Shown in pieces: positions 32,637-41,825 of a DNA stretch of 64,000 nt. Position numbers and translations under genes: made by a program. The notes beneath the pieces are model-generated. The model was given only the letters and a program-made list of their open reading frames with translations. It was not told the DNA's origin and made no database searches. The stretch is taken from contig OY759745.1 in the NCBI GenBank assembly GCA_963662685.1, positions 2,036,478-2,100,477 of the forward strand. Reading direction: 5' to 3'. The number at the start of each line of letters is the position of its first letter. The stretch's first letter is position 1. The DNA comes from Bacteroidales bacterium (lineage in GTDB: Bacteria > Bacteroidota > Bacteroidia > Bacteroidales > VadinHA17).

Positions 32637-32726
32637 ATGCCAAGCGGAAAGAAAAGAAAAAGACATAAAATGGCCACTCACAAACGTAAAAAACGTTTGC
32701 GGAAGAACAGACATAAGAAGAAATAG
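32637..32726 (+). CDS. 29-aa ultra-basic peptide, bS22 / AURKAIP1-COX24-like (putative small ribosomal protein)
   Basis: Hand translation gives MPSGKKRKRHKMATHKRKKRLRKNRHKKK*. It lies 5 nt after the hup stop and ahead of a strong terminator. It is absent from the ORF track because it is under 60 aa. Confidence 0.6.
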   Translation: MPSGKKRKRHKMATHKRKKRLRKNRHKKK

Positions 32727-32761
32727 AAAGATCGTTGAGTGGTTTTTAATTATCATATAAT

Positions 32762-32800
32762 GAACCTAAAGATCATCAGGTCTTTAGGTTCTTTTTCTTT
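32762..32800 (+). terminator. Rho-independent terminator after the hup/small-ORF unit
   Basis: A perfect 11-bp stem (GAACCTAAAGA/TCTTTAGGTTC) with an 8-nt loop, followed by TTTTTCTTT. Confidence 0.75.
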
Positions 32801-32865
32801 TATATTAATGTTCGTTGGTCTTGATGTCCGTGTTGTATCCGCATATCTGTACAGGATGACAGGTT

Positions 32866-34467
32866 ATGACATGGAGCCAGGGTCAGCCGATTCTGATTTA
32901 TTTATTTGTGGCAGACAAAGATCTCATCGTTAGTGTAAGCGAATCCGAGGTCGCTTTGGCGTTACTGGAGGACAAACATCTATTTGAGCTTAATAAAGAG
33001 AAGCGATTTGGGAAATTTCAGGTAGGCGATATTTTTCTGGGTAAAGTCAGGAAGATAATGCCTGGGCTGAACGCGGCCTTTGTAAATGTAGGGCATGAAA
33101 AAGACGCTTTTCTTCATTATCAGGATTTAGGTCCGAATTTCAGAACCCAGAATAACTATTATTTGCATGCGATCCAGCGGCAGGGGAGAGTTATGCCCAT
33201 ACAGAAGTTTAGATTTGATCCGGAGATAAAAAAGGACGGGGTCATTTCGGACGTACTTGTTCAGGGCCAGACGGTAATTGTCCAAATTACCAAAGAGCCT
33301 ATTTCAACAAAAGGACCGCGTTTGTCTTCGGAGATTTCTCTTGCCGGACGGAACCTTATTCTTATGCCGTTCTCCGAGAAGGTATCAGTATCTTCAAAAA
33401 TAGAGAGCAATGAGGAAAAGAACAGACTGAAGACACTTCTTCTGAGTATTAAACCAAAGAGTTTTGGGGTGATAGTCAGAACCGCCGCCGAGGGTAAAAG
33501 GGTAGCCGTTTTGGACGCTGAGCTCAGGGATTTGGTGAAAAAATGGGAGACAGCATTCGCTTCTATTAAGAAAGAGACAAAAGCCCCAAGAATTTTGATC
33601 GAGGAGATGACAAGATCCGTGGCGATCCTGAGGGATATGTTCAGTCCTTCGTTTTCCAGCATTCACATTAATGATCCTCTTTTCGCCGTTGAAATCAGAA
33701 ACTATATCAAAGAGATTGCGCCCGACAAGGTTAAAATTGTACGTGATTACACCGGTAGCGTTCCAATTTTCGAGTATTTTGGTGTACACAGGCAGATCAA
33801 ATCATTGTTCGGACGTACCGTGTCGGTCAGACACGGTGCTTATCTTATTATTGAACATACAGAGGCTCTTCATGTAATTGATGTCAACAGTGGCAACCGT
33901 CTGCGTTCAGGAAACAATCAGGAGACAAATGCCATGGAAGTTAACCTTGAGGCTGCCAGGGAAATCTCCAGACAGCTGAGGTTGAGGGATATGGGTGGAA
34001 TAATCGTGATCGATTTCATAGACATGACGGTAAATGAACACAAACAGAAGGTGTATGATGTTATGCGGGATCTTATGGAAAACGATCGTACCAAGCATAC
34101 CATATTGCCTTTGACGAAGTTTGGTCTTATGCAGATTACAAGGCAAAGGGTTCGCCCGGTAATGAACATTTCAACCGACGAGAAGTGTCCCACCTGCCTG
34201 GGAAAAGGGACAGTCAGGCCCGCTTTACTTTTTGTTGATGAAATAGAAAAAGATCTCGCTTTTACAGTTGACAAGATAAGGACAAAAAGTATCATCCTTC
34301 AGGTACACCCTTTTGTAGCTTCTTATCTTAGAAAGGGCATCTTCCCTGTATACGTCAGGTGGAGTCTCAGATACGGAATCTTTTTGAGAGTACGCTCCAT
34401 ATCCTCTTACCACACTCTTGAACACCATTTTCTGGACAAAGAGAATAACGAGATCGATCTTACGTAA
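32866..34467 (+). CDS. rng: Ribonuclease E/G family protein (RNase G-like)
   Basis: S1 domain (GDIFLGKVRKIMPGLNAAFVNVG), catalytic region (VIDVNSG, GGIIVIDFIDM) and a Zn-link CPxC. The true start may be the GTG at 32908 (MADKDLIV...). Confidence 0.88.
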   Translation: MTWSQGQPILIYLFVADKDLIVSVSESEVALALLEDKHLFELNKEKRFGKFQVGDIFLGKVRKIMPGLNAAFVNVGHEKDAFLHYQDLGPNFRTQNNYYLHAIQRQGRVMPIQKFRFDPEIKKDGVISDVLVQGQTVIVQITKEPISTKGPRLSSEISLAGRNLILMPFSEKVSVSSKIESNEEKNRLKTLLLSIKPKSFGVIVRTAAEGKRVAVLDAELRDLVKKWETAFASIKKETKAPRILIEEMTRSVAILRDMFSPSFSSIHINDPLFAVEIRNYIKEIAPDKVKIVRDYTGSVPIFEYFGVHRQIKSLFGRTVSVRHGAYLIIEHTEALHVIDVNSGNRLRSGNNQETNAMEVNLEAAREISRQLRLRDMGGIIVIDFIDMTVNEHKQKVYDVMRDLMENDRTKHTILPLTKFGLMQITRQRVRPVMNISTDEKCPTCLGKGTVRPALLFVDEIEKDLAFTVDKIRTKSIILQVHPFVASYLRKGIFPVYVRWSLRYGIFLRVRSISSYHTLEHHFLDKENNEIDLT

Positions 34468-34569
34468 CCGGATTTGTTTCCCCGTTTTTTTCTATTTTTG
34501 TAATTTGTAAGTAATTATAACAATAGTATTGTTGTTTACTTATTGTCATAAATTCTAAATTATTGAGCT

Positions 34570-36519
34570 ATGTTCAGGAAAATTGCTTATATCTGGTTGT
34601 TGTTATTATTGCCGGTAGTAGTCTCCGCACAGATATATGACCCGGTTATCTGGAGCTTTGGATTTGAGAGTAAAGGGGCAAATCAATATGAGATCATCCT
34701 TAAGGCTTCGATTGAGGATGGCTCGCATATTTATGGGATGGAGGTGCCTGATGGAGGACCGGTACCTACTACCTTCAGGTTCGTAGAGGACAGTCGTTTT
34801 TCGTTGGAAGGCGAAGTCTTTTCCAACATTCCTGCGGAAGAAAAATATGATGATGCTTTTGGATTGAGTATAAAGACGTTTGAAGGTAATGTGGAATTCA
34901 GACAATTGGTAAGGAGCTCTTCTCCTTCTTTTACCCTTTCGGGTACAATTGAGTATATGGCATGCAACAATATTTCATGTTCTCCGCCCAAGGAGGTTGA
35001 TTTTGATATTCCGGTTGGAGGAGGAGATGTTGCCGGTAATGTGACAGCAGAGGATGATAATGTTCCTGTCACCGGAAATAGAGGACTGTTCGGGTTTATT
35101 ATTGCCTCTTTTTTGCTCGGTTTAATAGGTGTTCTTACACCATGCGTATACCCAATGATACCTCTTACTGTAGCGTTCTTCGCCAGAGCCGGTGAGGGTA
35201 AAAAAAGTAGTTTTTTGAATGCGCTTATATTCGGAATATCTATAGTTATCATATACTCTTCACCGGGACTAATTATATCCCTGACAGGAGCAGGGGCAGG
35301 ATTCGCCAATGCCTTGAGCACTCATTGGATTCCCAATCTTATATTCTTTTTACTCTTCGTTATTTTTGCCGTCTCCTTTTTAGGAGCGTTTGAGCTGACT
35401 TTGCCATCAAGGTGGTCAAACGCTACAGATTCAAAGGTAGATAAAGGGGGGATAATAGGCTCATTTTTTATGGCTCTGACTACGGTTATTGTCTCATTTT
35501 CCTGTACTGGTCCGATAGTAGGAGGATTGCTTGTAGAAGCGGTCAGGGGAGATGTACTCAGACCGACTGTTGGAATGTTCGCGTTTGGACTGGCTTTTTC
35601 TATACCGTTTACACTTTTCGCTATATCTCCCAGGTTACTTAGTAGTTTGCCCAAATCCGGTTATTGGCTTAAAGTTGTAAAAACGGTTATTGGATTTCTT
35701 ATGTTGGTTTTTAGCATGAAATTTCTTATGGTAATAGACTCGGTTTACTCTCTGGGCTTATTATCAAGAGAGGTCTACCTTGTTATATGGATCATTTTAT
35801 TCATAACATTGGGATTTTACCTTTTCAGATCGCTTGCGCAGATGAGAGGAGCGGGTAATAAAAAAGGTTCCGGAGTTTTTATCCTGGCTCTGGCTTCGGT
35901 TGGAATTGCCGTCTATTTAACGACAGGATTGTTCGGGTCTCCTTTAAAAGCAGTATCAGCCCTGCTTCCGTCGCCTAAAACAAAAAATGCTGTTGAAGAA
36001 CAATCCGGAGGGTTCAGTGTACTTACTTTCGGTAATAACGTGGAAAGTCAAGCCCCAAAGTACGGCGACTTGTTCTCTTTGCCTTACGGCTTATCCGGGT
36101 TTTTCGATTACGACGAGGGTATGGCTTACGCCAGGAATGTCAACAAACCTGTTCTGCTGGATTTCAAAGGTCATGCGTGCGCTAACTGCAAAAGGATGGA
36201 GGCCAAGGTCTGGTCAGACCCTGAGGTGTTACGTAGATTAAAAGATAATTTTGTTATTATAGCACTTTATGTAGACGATAGAACCCAGCTTTCTGAAAGC
36301 GAGTGGATAGTCTCTACTGTTGATGGAAAAGTCAAAAAGACAATAGGGAAGATCAATGAGGAGATTGAAATTTCAAAGTACAATACCAATGCGTTACCTT
36401 ATTATGTTATAGCCGATCATACAGGTCAGCCATTGACCACACCCTCAGTAACCAACCTTGATGTTGATAGTTATATAAGGTGGCTGGATGAGGGTATATC
36501 TGCCTTCAGTAAGCAATAA
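34570..36519 (+). CDS. dsbD: Thiol:disulfide interchange protein DsbD-like (CcdA membrane core plus C-terminal thioredoxin fold)
   Basis: Signal peptide, a polytopic core with LTPCVYPMIPL, and a C-terminal thioredoxin-like CANC motif. Confidence 0.85.
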   Translation: MFRKIAYIWLLLLLPVVVSAQIYDPVIWSFGFESKGANQYEIILKASIEDGSHIYGMEVPDGGPVPTTFRFVEDSRFSLEGEVFSNIPAEEKYDDAFGLSIKTFEGNVEFRQLVRSSSPSFTLSGTIEYMACNNISCSPPKEVDFDIPVGGGDVAGNVTAEDDNVPVTGNRGLFGFIIASFLLGLIGVLTPCVYPMIPLTVAFFARAGEGKKSSFLNALIFGISIVIIYSSPGLIISLTGAGAGFANALSTHWIPNLIFFLLFVIFAVSFLGAFELTLPSRWSNATDSKVDKGGIIGSFFMALTTVIVSFSCTGPIVGGLLVEAVRGDVLRPTVGMFAFGLAFSIPFTLFAISPRLLSSLPKSGYWLKVVKTVIGFLMLVFSMKFLMVIDSVYSLGLLSREVYLVIWIILFITLGFYLFRSLAQMRGAGNKKGSGVFILALASVGIAVYLTTGLFGSPLKAVSALLPSPKTKNAVEEQSGGFSVLTFGNNVESQAPKYGDLFSLPYGLSGFFDYDEGMAYARNVNKPVLLDFKGHACANCKRMEAKVWSDPEVLRRLKDNFVIIALYVDDRTQLSESEWIVSTVDGKVKKTIGKINEEIEISKYNTNALPYYVIADHTGQPLTTPSVTNLDVDSYIRWLDEGISAFSKQ

Positions 36520-36696
36520 ACCGCGATGTTTATAAAAAAAGTTAACGCATGGTTGTATCGTATTCTAATTTGATTTACTTTTACAATAGAATTTCAACGA
36601 TTTAAATGTATTTTTGGTAGCAAAAAGCTAATGGTTGCCGGTGTTGGATCATTTGACTTCCATCGACCCTCCAGAATTGAAAAAACTTATAATGTC

Positions 36697-37173
36697 ATGA
36701 AGCGATCAATCTTTTTAATAATAGCTGTTTTACTGACTTTGTCGGTCAGAGCGCAAAAAGAAGACGTTATAGCCAGTGCCGGTAATTTTGATGAGAGTTC
36801 ATCTATCTCGTTAAGCTGGACACTTGGAGAAGCTTTTCTTCCTGTTTATGTCAGTGATGAACTTATGCTTACGCCAGCTATTCAGCCAACGTTATTTGTA
36901 ACGGCAGTTGAGGAGACTATTCTTCCCTTCGTGGATGTGAAAGTTTTTCCTAATCCTGCCAGTGAATTTGTGAGGATCACCTTTGAGGATCCGGTAGAAG
37001 ATGAGATAGACATCTCCCTTATGGACGTTCAGGGTAAATTATTGTACAGGGGTTTTATGGAGACTGGCTCCTCGGAAATAATACTTGACATGCAAACATA
37101 TGATTCCGGAGTTTATTTATTGCGTCTGGTACAGGGAAAACTTTCCAATGTATATAGAATAGTCAAGGTCTGA
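36697..37173 (+). CDS. Small secreted protein with a T9SS C-terminal sorting domain
   Basis: Signal peptide MKRSIFLIIAVLLTLSVRAQ. The C-terminal 80 aa (VKVFPNPASEFVRITF...GVYLLRLV...YRIVKV) is T9SS CTD-like. Confidence 0.7.
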   Translation: MKRSIFLIIAVLLTLSVRAQKEDVIASAGNFDESSSISLSWTLGEAFLPVYVSDELMLTPAIQPTLFVTAVEETILPFVDVKVFPNPASEFVRITFEDPVEDEIDISLMDVQGKLLYRGFMETGSSEIILDMQTYDSGVYLLRLVQGKLSNVYRIVKV

Positions 37174-37286
37174 CTTTTCTATTCGCCTCTTATTCTTAGG
37201 TGGTGTTAATTAGTGTTAAATCTGATAATTGCGGGATTTTCAGTATGCAATATTGCTAAATTGCGTCGTAAAAGGCAGGCAGTTTT

Positions 37287-38456
37287 ATGAGATTTATACG
37301 GTTGTTTTTTTTTCTTTTGTTTTATGCGGTATTGTTTGGTTGCGTAAATTCAGACATCAAAACTGACAGAAAAATCCAGCGCATCCATGCGAATATTCTT
37401 ACCCTGGATGCTCACTCAGCATCCGCTGTAAATTTTCTCAAAGATGATTTTGATCCATCAAAACGGAATGATTATGGCAGTTTTGATTTTCCCAGGATGG
37501 AAGAGGGCGGTCTGGACGCATGTTTTATAGCCATATTTCCGGGTAGGGGTAAAAGAAATGAGCAGGGTTTTAACGCTACATCGAGCAGGATAAAAACGAC
37601 TGTTGATTTAATTACCAAAAGTATTGCGGGGAATACTGAAAAAGTTAAAATTGCCCTTCAGCCTGAAGATGCTTACAGAATCAGCAAAGAGGGAAAAAGA
37701 TCGGTTTACTTCGGGGTTGAAAGCGGGTTCGCTATAAACACTGTTGACCATGTTCAGGAGTATTTCGATTTGGGGATCAGATATATGACCCTTTGTTTTA
37801 CTTCTAACAGTTCCTTGTGCGATTCTTCAACGGATCCAAAGGGGGCAGAACATAACGGTATTTCCCAGCTCGGAATGGATGTAATAGCTGAGATGAACCA
37901 CCTTGGTATGATGATCGATGCTTCCAATGCCAGCGATAAAGCATTTCAAGATATTCTTGAATATTCCGAAGCTCCGGTGATTGTTTCTCACACTGCTTGC
38001 AGGGCATTATGCTCAAACCACAGGAACATATCTGACGAAATGTTGCTTGATCTTAAAGATAATGGTGGTATAGTGAATATCACGTTATTGTCTCAATTGC
38101 TCAATAGCCCGGAGGTTAACCGCGGTGTGCAGAAGGAACTCTTTGATCTGGATGAGAAATATAAAGATTTGGTCGGTTCTGATCCCGCTAGATATATGGA
38201 TGAGTATAATATGGAGAGAGATAGGATTATTAAAGATAGCAGGCAAATAGCTTCTGTATCAGATCTGGTGGACCATATTGAACACGTGATACAGGTGATA
38301 GGAATAGACTATGTAGGCATCAGTACCGATTTTGACGGGGGAGGTGAGATTGATGGTTGTAGAAATGTTACTGAAATAGAGAATATTACGAGAGAGTTGA
38401 TCCTTAGGGGATATTCAAGGTCCGAGGTTGAGAAAATCTGGGGGGGAACTTTATGA
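37287..38456 (+). CDS. M19 (renal/membrane dipeptidase) family homologue with its 3' end displaced by an apparent frameshift in a G7 run
   Basis: M19-like blocks (GVESGF, RYMTLCFTSN, VSHTACRAL, STDFDGG). The conserved C-terminal GGNFMRVF is encoded in the +1 frame immediately after the stop, extending to 38503. Confidence 0.75.
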   Translation: MRFIRLFFFLLFYAVLFGCVNSDIKTDRKIQRIHANILTLDAHSASAVNFLKDDFDPSKRNDYGSFDFPRMEEGGLDACFIAIFPGRGKRNEQGFNATSSRIKTTVDLITKSIAGNTEKVKIALQPEDAYRISKEGKRSVYFGVESGFAINTVDHVQEYFDLGIRYMTLCFTSNSSLCDSSTDPKGAEHNGISQLGMDVIAEMNHLGMMIDASNASDKAFQDILEYSEAPVIVSHTACRALCSNHRNISDEMLLDLKDNGGIVNITLLSQLLNSPEVNRGVQKELFDLDEKYKDLVGSDPARYMDEYNMERDRIIKDSRQIASVSDLVDHIEHVIQVIGIDYVGISTDFDGGGEIDGCRNVTEIENITRELILRGYSRSEVEKIWGGTL

Positions 38457-38612
38457 GGGTTTTCAGGTCAGTGACCGATGTGGCCTGTAAATCGGTCAGG
38501 TAATACTATACTGTCTTCGTTTGTAAATTATTTTTAAATAATAGCCTCTTTAGTTGCTTTTTTTAGAAAAAAAAGTGCCACCTTTGATTATTAATCAATT
38601 TATTATTTAATT

Positions 38613-38930
38613 ATGAATATTTATGTAGGAAACCTTCCGTACAAAATCAGGGATAATCAACTGATGGGTCTTTTTCAGCCTTATGGTGAAGTCTCTTCGG
38701 CAAGGGTAATTATTGAGAAAGAATCCGGCAGGAGTAAAGGTTTTGGTTTTGTCGAAATGCCTAATGAAGATGAAGCTAATGCTGCTATCAAAGAGTTAAA
38801 TGGTTCACAGGTTGACGGAAGAAACCTGGTTGTCAATGAATCGACTGTTGAAAGACCGGCAAGAAGGTCTAACTTTGGCAGAGGTGACAATGATGGCTAT
38901 CATCGAAGGGAAGGTGGCTTTAGAAGGTAA
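38613..38930 (+). CDS. RRM-domain RNA-binding protein
   Basis: RNP-2 IYVGNL and RNP-1 KGFGFVEM, with a Gly/Arg-rich tail. Confidence 0.92.
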   Translation: MNIYVGNLPYKIRDNQLMGLFQPYGEVSSARVIIEKESGRSKGFGFVEMPNEDEANAAIKELNGSQVDGRNLVVNESTVERPARRSNFGRGDNDGYHRREGGFRR

Positions 38931-38938
38931 CCACAGCA

Positions 38939-39460
38939 ATGGAAGGAGTATATGATATTTTAAAAATATCTCTGCCTGCGCTAATTGTCTTTTTTACTGC
39001 CTGGCTTGTGCTTAGGAATCTGATCAGGAATGATCAGGAGAAACGTCGTCAGGAGATTGTGCTTCAAAACAGCCGGACAATTGTTCCGTTAAAGCTGCAA
39101 GCATACGAGAGGATAGTTCTTTTTCTTGAAAGAATATCTCTTGAATCAATGCTGTTACGTGTCTCTACACCCGGCATGTCCGCTAAACAATTGCATGCGG
39201 CTCTTTTAACCACTATAAGAAACGAGTTTGAACACAACCTGTCACAGCAGGTTTATATTAGTCCACAGGCGTGGGAGGTTGTCAGAAATGCCCGTTCAAA
39301 TATGGTAAAGATTATCAATAGTGAATTTGAGAAACTTCCCGGGGAAGCTTCTTCTTTAGATTTCAGTAAGGTACTTGTAGAAAAAGTTATGGAGATAGAT
39401 AAAGAACCAACAAGAGCAGCTATTGATTACATAAAAGGGGAGATTGGAAGGATGATTTAA
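38939..39460 (+). CDS. Hypothetical membrane-anchored protein
   Basis: 173-aa ORF with an N-terminal TM helix, 8 nt after the RRM gene. I recognise no motif. Confidence 0.55.
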   Translation: MEGVYDILKISLPALIVFFTAWLVLRNLIRNDQEKRRQEIVLQNSRTIVPLKLQAYERIVLFLERISLESMLLRVSTPGMSAKQLHAALLTTIRNEFEHNLSQQVYISPQAWEVVRNARSNMVKIINSEFEKLPGEASSLDFSKVLVEKVMEIDKEPTRAAIDYIKGEIGRMI

Positions 39461-39467
39461 TAAAATG

Positions 39468-39510
39468 AAGAGAGCCTGAAAAATATTCAGGCTCTCTTTA
39501 TTTTTATTGT
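39468..39510. terminator. Bidirectional rho-independent terminator between convergent genes
   Basis: A perfect 13-bp stem (AAGAGAGCCTGAA/TTCAGGCTCTCTT) with a 5-nt loop, flanked by an A-rich tract on one side and a T-rich tract on the other. Confidence 0.8.
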
Positions 39511-39515
39511 GTGCG

Positions 39516-41558
39516 TTATAATAGCTCGACACTTCTTTTGACAAAGGCATTAAGTTCTTCGCCTTTCAACATGTTGTTTGCCAATAGTGCGAGATCTATC
39601 AACTGTTTTGCGTCTTTTCTAGATGATCCGAATGATCCCAGTATCTCTTTTCTCTTGTCTTCAACATCTTTAAGTTCGGTTCTGAGCTTCTCAAGGTCGT
39701 CTTTCTCCAACTGGCTTATTTCATCCTCTTTTTTCTTTTTTTGTTCATCCTCCATAAAGGATATCTCTTCTTTGATCCTGTTTCTTTCCTCATCATTGGC
39801 CGACAGTTTGTCTCCTTCATTAGAAACCAGTTCTTCATTTATTCTCAATACCAGAGGATGGTTTGGATTGATGACAATATTATAGCTGTCCGGCATCTCA
39901 CCATAGAAGTTCATGCCTCCACCCAGAGCCGACATATCTTTCATCCTCCTCATATATTCCGACTGTGTTATTATTGCCGGGGTGTCGTTATCATCCAGTA
40001 CTTCAAAAGCAATATTGAAAATGTCGCCCGATTTGGGTTCTAACGCGAACACCTCTTTAAGGTCCTCTTTTTGGGATTCTGTAAGGACAGATTCTTTTGA
40101 CTCTTCTTTTGGGATGAGTTTGTCTACAGTGTCAGAATCAACCCTTACAAATTTTGCGTTTTCAAATTTACTCTCCAGATGGTTGACTATGTGTATATCA
40201 AGCTGACCATCAAGAAGCAACACGTCGTATCCCCTGTTTTTAGCTTTTTCAATATATGAATACTGGGCTGTCTTATCTGTTGAGTATAGATATACAAGTG
40301 ATTTGTTTTTATCGGTCTGGTTCTCTTTAATGAGGTTTTTGTATTCGTCGAATGTAAAGTATTTTCCATCGCTGTTCTTGAGAAGAGCAAAGTTGGCGGC
40401 TTTATCATAAAATTTTTCTTCAGAGATCATTCCATAGTCTATAAACAACTTCAGATTGTCCCATTTCTGTTCAAACTCTTCACGGTTATTTTTGAATATT
40501 GAGTTGAGCCTGTCGGCTACCTTTTTCATGATATGACCGGAAATCTTTTTTACGTTAGAGTCGCTTTGCAAATAGCTTCTGGAGACATTCAGCGGGATGT
40601 CAGGAGAGTCAAGTACACCATGTAACAAAGTGAGAAATTCAGGTACTATTCCTTCTACGGAGTCTGTTACGAATACCTGATTACAGTATAGTTGTATCTT
40701 ATTCTTCTGAATCTCAATATTGTTTTTGATTTTTGGAAAGTAGAGTATACCTGTAAGTTTAAAAGGATAATCTACATTGAGATGTATATAGAACAGAGGG
40801 TCTTCACTGAACGGGTACAGTTCCTTGTAGAAATTCATATAATCCTCTTCCTTGAGTTCAGAAGGTTTCTGTGTCCATGCCGGTTTGGTATTGTTTATAA
40901 TTTTATCCTTGCCGGTATCCACATATTTATCTTCTTTCCACTCCTGTTCTTTACCGAACGCTATTTCAACCGGAAGGAATTTACAGTATTTTTTGAGCAA
41001 TTCTTCTATTCTGGAATTCTCGAGGAACTCCTTTGAGTCTTTGTCCACATGAAGAACAATGTCTGTTCCCCTGCTCTCTTTTTCTGTCTCTTCGATTGAG
41101 AATTCGGGACTTCCATCGCATATCCATTTGACAGCTTTGGAGTCTGGTTGCCACGATTTCGTTATGACTTCAACCTTCTCGGATACCATAAATGAAGAGT
41201 AGAAACCTAACCCAAAATGACCGATGATATTGGTCTGATCCTTGTATTTGTCCAGGAAGTCATTAGCTCCGGAGAAAGCTATTTGGTTCAGATATTTATC
41301 CAACTCTTCCGCTGTCATTCCGATACCCTTGTCGGATACCGTTATTGTTTTTTTCTTCTTATCAACCGAAACCCTGATCGTCAGATCTCCCAGGTCCTCC
41401 TTGAGACTCCCTGTTGACGCCATAGCTTTTAGTTTCTGGGTCGCGTCTATAGCGTTAGAAACAAGTTCGCGAAGGAAAATTTCATGATCTGAATAGAGAT
41501 ACTTTTTGATTACAGGAAAAATGTTTTCAGTTGTTACACCAATTTTACCGGTCTGCAT
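39516..41558 (-). CDS. htpG: Molecular chaperone HtpG (Hsp90)
   Basis: 680 aa with the N-terminal GHKL ATPase motif (LRELVSNAIDA, GxxGxG region HFGLGFYS) and a charged linker. Confidence 0.96.
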   Translation of the reverse strand: MQTGKIGVTTENIFPVIKKYLYSDHEIFLRELVSNAIDATQKLKAMASTGSLKEDLGDLTIRVSVDKKKKTITVSDKGIGMTAEELDKYLNQIAFSGANDFLDKYKDQTNIIGHFGLGFYSSFMVSEKVEVITKSWQPDSKAVKWICDGSPEFSIEETEKESRGTDIVLHVDKDSKEFLENSRIEELLKKYCKFLPVEIAFGKEQEWKEDKYVDTGKDKIINNTKPAWTQKPSELKEEDYMNFYKELYPFSEDPLFYIHLNVDYPFKLTGILYFPKIKNNIEIQKNKIQLYCNQVFVTDSVEGIVPEFLTLLHGVLDSPDIPLNVSRSYLQSDSNVKKISGHIMKKVADRLNSIFKNNREEFEQKWDNLKLFIDYGMISEEKFYDKAANFALLKNSDGKYFTFDEYKNLIKENQTDKNKSLVYLYSTDKTAQYSYIEKAKNRGYDVLLLDGQLDIHIVNHLESKFENAKFVRVDSDTVDKLIPKEESKESVLTESQKEDLKEVFALEPKSGDIFNIAFEVLDDNDTPAIITQSEYMRRMKDMSALGGGMNFYGEMPDSYNIVINPNHPLVLRINEELVSNEGDKLSANDEERNRIKEEISFMEDEQKKKKEDEISQLEKDDLEKLRTELKDVEDKRKEILGSFGSSRKDAKQLIDLALLANNMLKGEELNAFVKRSVELL

Positions 41559-41825
41559 ATCTTATTAAATTTATGATTAAACATGGATTTTGCTATCTAG
41601 TTACCAAAAGCTGTGCCATTGGGAAATAATGACTATTTGTCACTATTCTTTAATTAGTTTTATGCTTTTTGTCATGCTTTCTTTCTGAGAAATGGCTACA
41701 TTTATCGGGTAAATTGATTGTTATTTGAACAGACTAACTTCAGACAAAACCATCTATCCGGTGAATTTTGACAACAGATATGCAGGTACGTAAGTGTAAA
41801 AACTAACCAATAAAACATTATCCCA

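Noticed and set aside
39511-39885. A 124-aa Ser/Phe/Leu-rich + strand ORF.
   Set aside because: It is antisense to the Lys/Glu-rich charged linker of htpG, where GAA/AAG codons read as TTC/CTT on the other strand. It also begins inside the bidirectional terminator region. It is a compositional artefact.
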